31,951 nucleotides of DNA, from positions 1 to 31,951 of IMG/VR virus record IMGVR_UViG_3300025387_000050; one strand, written 5' to 3'. A model generated the notes under the pieces. That model saw nothing but the letters and a program-made list of their open reading frames with translations, searched no databases and was not told the DNA's origin. A program made the translations under genes and the position numbers. Shown here one piece after another: positions 25,851 through 31,951 of this stretch. The DNA comes from a virus (taxonomy: Duplodnaviria > Caudoviricetes). Each line of letters starts with the position of its first letter. Within the stretch, counting starts at the first letter, position 1.

Positions 25851-26291
25851 TTAGGGTAAAAATGTAAGGTCGTAACCGTAGACAAATACGTCACAAGTCG
25901 CGGCAATCGTAGTTCCAACGTTCACATAAATGTTAGTTGGGCTAGAAATAGCGGTGTTAGGATTTGTTGCGGTTGAAATGGTCACATAAGGGCCACCGGT
26001 GTTGCTTGTTAAAGCGGCGGTAGTCAATACGGTTGAACCGGTTTGGCCCGTTCCGGTGTAAACACCAACGGTTGCCGTTGCAATAGTGGTTGTTGCACCG
26101 CTAGAGTTTAGGCCGTTTGTGATTACAACGCTTGTGGGCACAAATTTAGACACATCCAACACAACCATAGCGGTATCACCCGCTAGGGCCAAGTTTACGG
26201 ATTGTGCGGAAGCAATCAAACGCAACGCTTGGTTTGTGGCCAAGTTTTGTGGGTGATTGCTTACTGTGGTTGCGGGTCCTGGATTACTCAT
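25851..26291 (-). CDS. Probable capsid decoration/minor head protein
   Basis: AAGGAG RBS; directly after the coat gene and before the terminator. Confidence 0.65.
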   Translation of the reverse strand: MSNPGPATTVSNHPQNLATNQALRLIASAQSVNLALAGDTAMVVLDVSKFVPTSVVITNGLNSSGATTTIATATVGVYTGTGQTGSTVLTTAALTSNTGGPYVTISTATNPNTAISSPTNIYVNVGTTIAATCDVFVYGYDLTFLP

Positions 26292-26313
26292 GTTAATTAC
26301 TCCTTAATTTAGT

Positions 26314-27558
26314 TTAGGCGGCAACGCGGCAAGCCAATTCGGGATACAAAGGTGCCCATCCGTACAACACATCCAAACGAGTTGGAATTGAATCGTTGTT
26401 GATGGTGTACTGACGTACAACACGCATTGAAAGTCCGATTTCTTTATCGGAAGCACGGCCCGCAAAATGTACACCTTCAGGCAATTCGAGATCGGCTACT
26501 GCCAAGCAGAATGCGTTACGGTGCATGATGATGTTTTGGGGTGAAACGGTTCCGCTATTGTTGAACGGTGTAACGGCGGATGCACCGGCGTTAGTAACGC
26601 TAACGTTTTGGAATTGACCGCTTGTAATCACGGCAGGGCTAACTGTTACGCTAGTTGTGCCGGATGTTGCAACCGTGGCGGCTTGTGTAACAACAAAGTT
26701 TCTCAACTTGTTGGAACCATAGGCTTGGCGGTTTTGTGGGTTAACGGCATACACGCCCGCGATTTGGATCACATCACCAACGTTCAAATTACCGGCGGCC
26801 GTAGTGGCGCTCAGTGCGATTGTTGATGTTTGTGCCCATCCAGATGTTAAAAATCCGGTTGCGGTGCTTGTATTGCACGATAAAACGGCCGTAGGGCTAT
26901 TGCCAAAGGTTTGGCTAACCACGTTCTGGTCCATTTTCCAGTTCATTCCAGCGGAATCCCTGCCCATCAGGCCCTTGCGATATTGTTCGCCAATGGCTTC
27001 TTGTGGAACAAACAAGCCTTTTAGTGAATCAACAATCGTTGCGGATGTGAAAGGTTCAACAATACATGAACGGCGGCCATCACGGGGTGCGCCTTCAGCG
27101 TCCAAGTATGCGGCAGCGGTCAAATATGTAATCAAACCGGTTGGGGGCGTTCCGGCAACACCAACAATATTAGCCGTGTTGTTCTTGGCCATAACCAATC
27201 CATCACGGTCTATCTTATTGGCAATGGCGGCCACAGCGGGTTTCAAAACACGGTCCGAAAACATGTCGAGGCTCAAAGCCAAGTCTTGGGTCGTGAACTG
27301 GGTATCAACGTGGAATTGCGTTGCCAATGTTACTGGCACGCTTGTCTCGTTGAAGTCTTCAACATTCAATGCGGGACCCGTGGTACCGATAAAGCGACCA
27401 GGTCTCCTCACATTGACGGTATTGCCGATCTTCGCGCCAACTACTGCGAACTGGTCATCATAGTTGCGGTCAACTTCGCTTGTGAACGTAAGTTCATTTT
27501 CCAAAACCATCAGAGCTTCGTTGGTGATTTTGGATATCGTTAAGAGATTATTACTCAT
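26314..27558 (-). CDS. Major capsid protein, P22 coat (gp5) family
   Basis: MSNNLLTISKITNEALMVLENEL...KIG.TVNVRRP...RLDVLYGW.PLYPELACR. Confidence 0.93.
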   Translation of the reverse strand: MSNNLLTISKITNEALMVLENELTFTSEVDRNYDDQFAVVGAKIGNTVNVRRPGRFIGTTGPALNVEDFNETSVPVTLATQFHVDTQFTTQDLALSLDMFSDRVLKPAVAAIANKIDRDGLVMAKNNTANIVGVAGTPPTGLITYLTAAAYLDAEGAPRDGRRSCIVEPFTSATIVDSLKGLFVPQEAIGEQYRKGLMGRDSAGMNWKMDQNVVSQTFGNSPTAVLSCNTSTATGFLTSGWAQTSTIALSATTAAGNLNVGDVIQIAGVYAVNPQNRQAYGSNKLRNFVVTQAATVATSGTTSVTVSPAVITSGQFQNVSVTNAGASAVTPFNNSGTVSPQNIIMHRNAFCLAVADLELPEGVHFAGRASDKEIGLSMRVVRQYTINNDSIPTRLDVLYGWAPLYPELACRVAA

Positions 27559-27581
27559 TTGATTTCCTTTGAATTAAAAAA

Positions 27582-28472
27582 CTATCGAATTTTTCCCGCT
27601 TTACGCGCTTCTTTCCACGCTTGGTATGTGCCGTGAAATTCACCACTAGAATTAATGGGAATATCCGCAACACCACCACTTGGCTTCAATCCACGCACCG
27701 GTGCGGGTGCTTTACTTGTCTTAACCACAGTTTCCTTAGCCGGTTCGGCCTTTTCGTATAGCTTTTCCAACTTTCCCAATTCAACCAACGCTTTGCGGGT
27801 AGGCATGGCCGCCAACTTTTGCGCATATTCCAAATCTTCCGCTAGGTGATATAGGATTCTTGGGCCTACATCGGATTCCAATATGGAATCACGGATTTCA
27901 TCGGAAACAACAACATTAGCCGTTGAAACCATATCATCGTAATCGGGCAATTCCGCCTTCACTTTGTCCAACTTTTCCGTCCAAGATTGGATAACCTTTT
28001 GACGTTCTTCGTTGGCTTTCCGTGTGGCTTCTTGTTGATCCCTTTCACGCAATGCCTTTTCCGTAGAAAATTCCGCTAATGCCTTTGCATATTCAAACGC
28101 ATCTTGGAACTGCCCTGGTTGTGGTTCATTATCAACGCTCGGCTTTTGTGGTGCCGCCTGTTGCTCTAACGCCTTCAACCTCGCTTCCAACGTTGCCCTA
28201 GCTTGGCGTTCTGCTTCCAGATTTTGCTCGGCTAGTTTCCGTTGTTTAGTCAATTCGGAAAATCTTCGTTCTAACTTCGGATTCGCCTTCTTTTCTTCTG
28301 TGGGGTTGGCTTCTTCATGCGCTTCGGGTTCATTCTCAACCACTTCGAATGATGGCTCGGGAGTTGTCTCAACCGCCACATCATCCGTTTGGTTAGCTAA
28401 ACCTAAACGATTTGCATAAAATTCCGCCGCATTTTCGCTAGTGAGCACTTGGCCCGCTTCTTTTTCAGACAT
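27582..28472 (-). CDS. Scaffolding protein
   Basis: Acidic coiled-coil protein before the coat gene; basic C-terminal helix YQAWKEARKAGKIR. Confidence 0.85.
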   Translation of the reverse strand: MSEKEAGQVLTSENAAEFYANRLGLANQTDDVAVETTPEPSFEVVENEPEAHEEANPTEEKKANPKLERRFSELTKQRKLAEQNLEAERQARATLEARLKALEQQAAPQKPSVDNEPQPGQFQDAFEYAKALAEFSTEKALRERDQQEATRKANEERQKVIQSWTEKLDKVKAELPDYDDMVSTANVVVSDEIRDSILESDVGPRILYHLAEDLEYAQKLAAMPTRKALVELGKLEKLYEKAEPAKETVVKTSKAPAPVRGLKPSGGVADIPINSSGEFHGTYQAWKEARKAGKIR

Positions 28473-28523
28473 AGGTTACCCTAAGAATTAACCCCGTATA
28501 CCTTACGGGTAAGGTTTGTGTAA

Positions 28524-28551
28524 ATACTACACGAATTTATTACTTTGTCAA
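28524..28551 (-). promoter_or_regulatory. Sigma70-like promoter upstream of scaffold/coat
   Basis: TTGACA (28551-28546), 16-nt spacer, TAGTAT (28529-28524). Confidence 0.55.
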
Positions 28552-28874
28552 TCATTAGGTTTTGTGTAATCCCACGCTTCAGTTACATGGTTTCTCATGT
28601 CACCCATTCTTTCGTTATATTTTTTATTTTTTTGTTTTTCGTTTAATCCAGTAAAAGTTTTAATTTGATTTGCAATCCCACTTGCGTGTTCTTTAATATG
28701 GGGTTCATTCACCTTTACAAATTCAAAATAATCTTTATGTGGATTAAGTTTTTCTTTATATTTACTGTAAAAATCATTAGATGGGCTAGGCTTTCGTTTT
28801 TCTTTTAATTGACCGCGTTTTTCCATTGTTTCACGATCAAAATCCGATTTGTTATGGCTTGTTACGGTTGGCAT
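28548..28874 (-). CDS. Lys-rich hypothetical protein between portal and scaffold
   Basis: TAATG coupling to the portal stop. Confidence 0.75.
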   Translation of the reverse strand: MPTVTSHNKSDFDRETMEKRGQLKEKRKPSPSNDFYSKYKEKLNPHKDYFEFVKVNEPHIKEHASGIANQIKTFTGLNEKQKNKKYNERMGDMRNHVTEAWDYTKPND

Positions 28875-30973
28875 TAGATGGCCCTTTCAGTTGTTTCGGC
28901 ACTTGCTTCATGTGCCGCGCGTTTATCCATTTCGGCCAAAATAATGGCCACTTGTGCTTTATAACGTTCGATTTCCAATTGGGTTTGTGTTTTAACCACG
29001 GTGTCTTGCGCTTGCGTATGTGTGCGCAACAACATATCGCGGTGTTTTTCTTGATCGCGCAATTCAATATCGTGGGCACGATTGGTTTCTTTAATCAAGG
29101 TGCGCTTGGTTTCCGCATCTTGTTTCAATTGTTCAACATCCGAACGGTTCTTCAACATCAATTGCATGGCTTGTAATTGTTGTTGTAGTTGTTGGATGGT
29201 TTGTTTAGATTGTGCCAATTGCATCTGAACTTGTGGCGGAACGGGTGATTTATCATCGATTTGCGCCAATGGGTTAGCGGCCGCCAAACGATCGGCAATC
29301 ACATCGGCACCTGGAAAATCCATATTCCTAAAAATCAAATCACCGGCAATATTCATCAATGCGGGATCGGCACCCAACAATGGCATCATGGTTTCAACGG
29401 CTTCGATGCGCTTGGAATTGTATCCTGGGCCGGTATCCATCACCACATCGTATTCGCCAACGGTTACATCGTTAAGAATCTTTTCAACGCCTTGTTCATC
29501 TTGCGCTTTCTTATTGATTTCAACCAAATCGGGCTTTCCATCATCACCAATGATGCGCATAACACGGGCGTTATCGTAGATTTTGGGGATCAAATCCAAG
29601 ATAACACGGGCGGTGTGCTTAATAGAACGTGTTAAGTTATCGTAATAGTGATAGTTAGATAAATCAATTTGTTGTTGTTGGCCGTTCAATGCCTTACCGC
29701 TAATGTTGCCGGTTGGCATTTGATTGGGATCAAAGATACCCAAAACGGCTTGCATATCGCTATTAATACCATCCGCGGCGGCCATGATACCGGCGGGGGG
29801 CGCTTCGGGTTGGATGCGTGTTGGTGTAGGTGCGGGAACGCCTTCAATGTCTTTTTGCTTATATCTAAGCACGGGCATTGATTTGATGTTAGCTTGCGCC
29901 CATTCGTTTTCGTGGCCTTCGTCTTGGCCTTCCGCAATCAACCACTTGGCTTTTGGTGCCAACGCAATGCTTTCGGTTAATGCGGTTTTCCAAAAGTTAT
30001 ACATCCGTTGTGGGTCTTTGGCCATGCGAACCAAGCCATACTTCTTACGCTTGTTTTCAACAATGAATTCTTCGCCATAAACGGGGATGATTGGGATGTA
30101 TTTAGATGCCCATTTGCCTTCTTCCAACACTTCCATGCCGGTGCAAATGATTTGCTTAACTTCGCGCTTGAAAGATGGGCGTTCATCGATCACATAAAGG
30201 CCACGGGCAATCATTTCTTCTTGATCGGGCAAATCGGTGCGGAAGTGCTTTTCACCGTTGCTTAACAAGCATAGCTTATCCGCCTTGCGTTCGGTATACC
30301 AATATTCGGCAATCCTAATGTCTTCACGCATTACCCATTCGGCGTTGGAATCACCCGTTCCGCGTTGTGTGAATCCCGCGCCATCATCGGCCCCTGGATA
30401 CATTTTGCGGAATACTTCCTTGCTAACCACTTGGGTGATTAGGCACTTTTCGGCATCGGAACCATCCGGCAATATGCTATTTGGATCAAAATAAACCGTG
30501 AATGGGTTGTGGATAGGCTTGATGTAGATTTCTTGATCGAACGAATCTTCACGCACATAATCCGTTTCAATGCGCCAATAGCCAAATCCCATGCGAACGG
30601 CATAATTGAATGCGTTGTCATAGGCGTGATCGGCATCGGATTGAACTTCAATATGGCGGCAAATGCCGGTTAGGATTTCCGCAACCTTGGCATCCGATTG
30701 GTTGTTCATGCCGTGAACTTTGATGCGGGGGCGTTGTTGCCTTTGTTGGTTGGTTACTTGGCGAACATAAGCATCAATCTTGTTGATGGTTAGGCAAGGG
30801 CGGGCTTCCAAAGAACGGCTATTTTGTATTTCAACGGGCCATTGATCCCCCGCCGCAAACTTTAAGTCTTCCAACGCTTCCGAACGGTTGTTAGTATCGG
30901 CATCATTGGCCAACTTTAAGAACTTTTTGGCTTCATCAATCCGTGGATCGAATTCCGTTTGGTTATCGGCCAT
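28874..30973 (-). CDS. Portal protein, P22-like
   Basis: EDLKFAAGDQWP...RPCLTINKI, YGLVR.AKDPQRMYN, SGKA...QQQ, GEYDVV.DTGP.Y.SKR.EA motifs. Confidence 0.93.
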   Translation of the reverse strand: MADNQTEFDPRIDEAKKFLKLANDADTNNRSEALEDLKFAAGDQWPVEIQNSRSLEARPCLTINKIDAYVRQVTNQQRQQRPRIKVHGMNNQSDAKVAEILTGICRHIEVQSDADHAYDNAFNYAVRMGFGYWRIETDYVREDSFDQEIYIKPIHNPFTVYFDPNSILPDGSDAEKCLITQVVSKEVFRKMYPGADDGAGFTQRGTGDSNAEWVMREDIRIAEYWYTERKADKLCLLSNGEKHFRTDLPDQEEMIARGLYVIDERPSFKREVKQIICTGMEVLEEGKWASKYIPIIPVYGEEFIVENKRKKYGLVRMAKDPQRMYNFWKTALTESIALAPKAKWLIAEGQDEGHENEWAQANIKSMPVLRYKQKDIEGVPAPTPTRIQPEAPPAGIMAAADGINSDMQAVLGIFDPNQMPTGNISGKALNGQQQQIDLSNYHYYDNLTRSIKHTARVILDLIPKIYDNARVMRIIGDDGKPDLVEINKKAQDEQGVEKILNDVTVGEYDVVMDTGPGYNSKRIEAVETMMPLLGADPALMNIAGDLIFRNMDFPGADVIADRLAAANPLAQIDDKSPVPPQVQMQLAQSKQTIQQLQQQLQAMQLMLKNRSDVEQLKQDAETKRTLIKETNRAHDIELRDQEKHRDMLLRTHTQAQDTVVKTQTQLEIERYKAQVAIILAEMDKRAAHEASAETTERAI

Positions 30974-30976
30974 AAA

Positions 30977-31951
30977 TTACCCCATCCAATTGCTAGGTTC
31001 GTAAACCGGTTTTTTAACAACCATCTTTTTAGGTTCTTGGATCATTAACCCAAGCATCCTAAAGGCATCGGCACCATGCGAATATTGATCGTGTAACGGT
31101 GTTCGGCTAAATTGCTTAGTATCGGGATCAACTTCATAGCGATAGTGACGTAAACATTGTAGCCCATCGGCACAATTTATTCTATCAAACCAACAATTAG
31201 CGAAAATAGTTCGTGCGGCGTTGATGCTATCGGCAATCGGTGTGCGCGGGATAATCCTAGTTTTATAACCGGCCGAACGCACAATTTCTTCAATCGATCG
31301 CCCCGCCGCCGCCAATGTCTTGTTTTCGGCATCATGGGGAAGCCATAGCGTATCAAACACATATCCAAAGGTTTGCATCTTGGCCAATATGGCGCTTATG
31401 GTTTCTTGGGATGTTTCAAAATAGCGGATTAGGCGTGTTTCCATGCCCACAAACTGAACAAACCACAATGCCGTTGCATCCGCCCAACCTAAGTCAAAAA
31501 CAACGTGAACCGGCTTAATAGGATCATAAGGAACTTTTCCAATCCTTTCTTGAAGATCGGCCAATTGGATTTCCTTGGCAAATACGGCACCATCAACGGT
31601 TTGGCGGCATATTCCTTCCCAAACCATGTTATAGGCTTCCAAATCACGCATCTTTAGCGTGTCTTTTTCCATCCGCAATACTTCGGGGAACCAAGGGTTA
31701 TCGTTCCAATTGATCTTTTGGATAACCGCGTTTTCCGGCGTGTGGATCACGAATCTTTGGTAGGTTTCATCCGTTTCTAGTTCCGGATTGAACGAAACCC
31801 ATATTTCGGATTCTTCTTTTCGGATAGTTGGAATCAATGTATCCCATGAACGCTTGGAAACCGTCTGAGCTTCTTCCACCCAACATACATCCACACCTTC
31901 ATAAGATTTAACGTTGGCCACGTTGTTCTTTAAGCCAACAAAGTTAAATTC
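30977..31951 (-). CDS. terL: Terminase large subunit (5' end outside the window)
   Basis: Walker B WVEEAQ, SFNP, DNPWFP, nuclease DLG..D and SHGADAFR motifs; frame open to the window edge. Confidence 0.93.
   Translation of the reverse strand, partial: EFNFVGLKNNVANVKSYEGVDVCWVEEAQTVSKRSWDTLIPTIRKEESEIWVSFNPELETDETYQRFVIHTPENAVIQKINWNDNPWFPEVLRMEKDTLKMRDLEAYNMVWEGICRQTVDGAVFAKEIQLADLQERIGKVPYDPIKPVHVVFDLGWADATALWFVQFVGMETRLIRYFETSQETISAILAKMQTFGYVFDTLWLPHDAENKTLAAAGRSIEEIVRSAGYKTRIIPRTPIADSINAARTIFANCWFDRINCADGLQCLRHYRYEVDPDTKQFSRTPLHDQYSHGADAFRMLGLMIQEPKKMVVKKPVYEPSNWMG

Noticed and set aside
26804-27463. 219-aa plus-strand ORF and similar antisense ORFs across the late region
   Set aside because: In-register shadows of coat, portal and fibre genes, with no RBS or recognisable motifs.

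Overview
Most of the genome of a tailed dsDNA phage with P22-like podovirus morphogenesis genes. The host is Gram-negative (spanins are present) but cannot be named from the sequence. Layout: (1) 1-3206, leftward early operon with small hypothetical ORFs, SSB-like protein, YqaJ/lambda-type exonuclease and ERF recombinase. (2) 3207-3663, divergent control region with promoters, operator-like palindromes, an apparently leaderless Cro-like gene and a C4-like structured RNA, but no cI. (3) 3664-6882, rightward operon with a DUF1376/YdaU initiator containing ori iterons, a C5 DNA methyltransferase coded in two fully overlapping frames, a RuvC-like resolvase, a frameshifted gene, and Zn-ribbon/HNH-like ORFs. 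(4) 6841-31951, leftward late operon with terminase (partial), portal, scaffold, coat, tail fibres, a swapped tail-tip cassette carrying a 2OG-Fe(II) oxygenase, gp4/gp10-like tail proteins, GNAT, three ejection proteins and a large lysis/membrane module (GH19 endolysin, Rz with embedded Rz1). The two strongest unexplained signals are a near-total, strand- and frame-independent absence of CAG/CTG, GAG/CTC and GAC/GTC in the core genome, interrupted by sharply bounded undepleted patches, and the dual-frame methyltransferase. All product calls come from motif recognition and synteny; no database search was run, and counts were done by hand.
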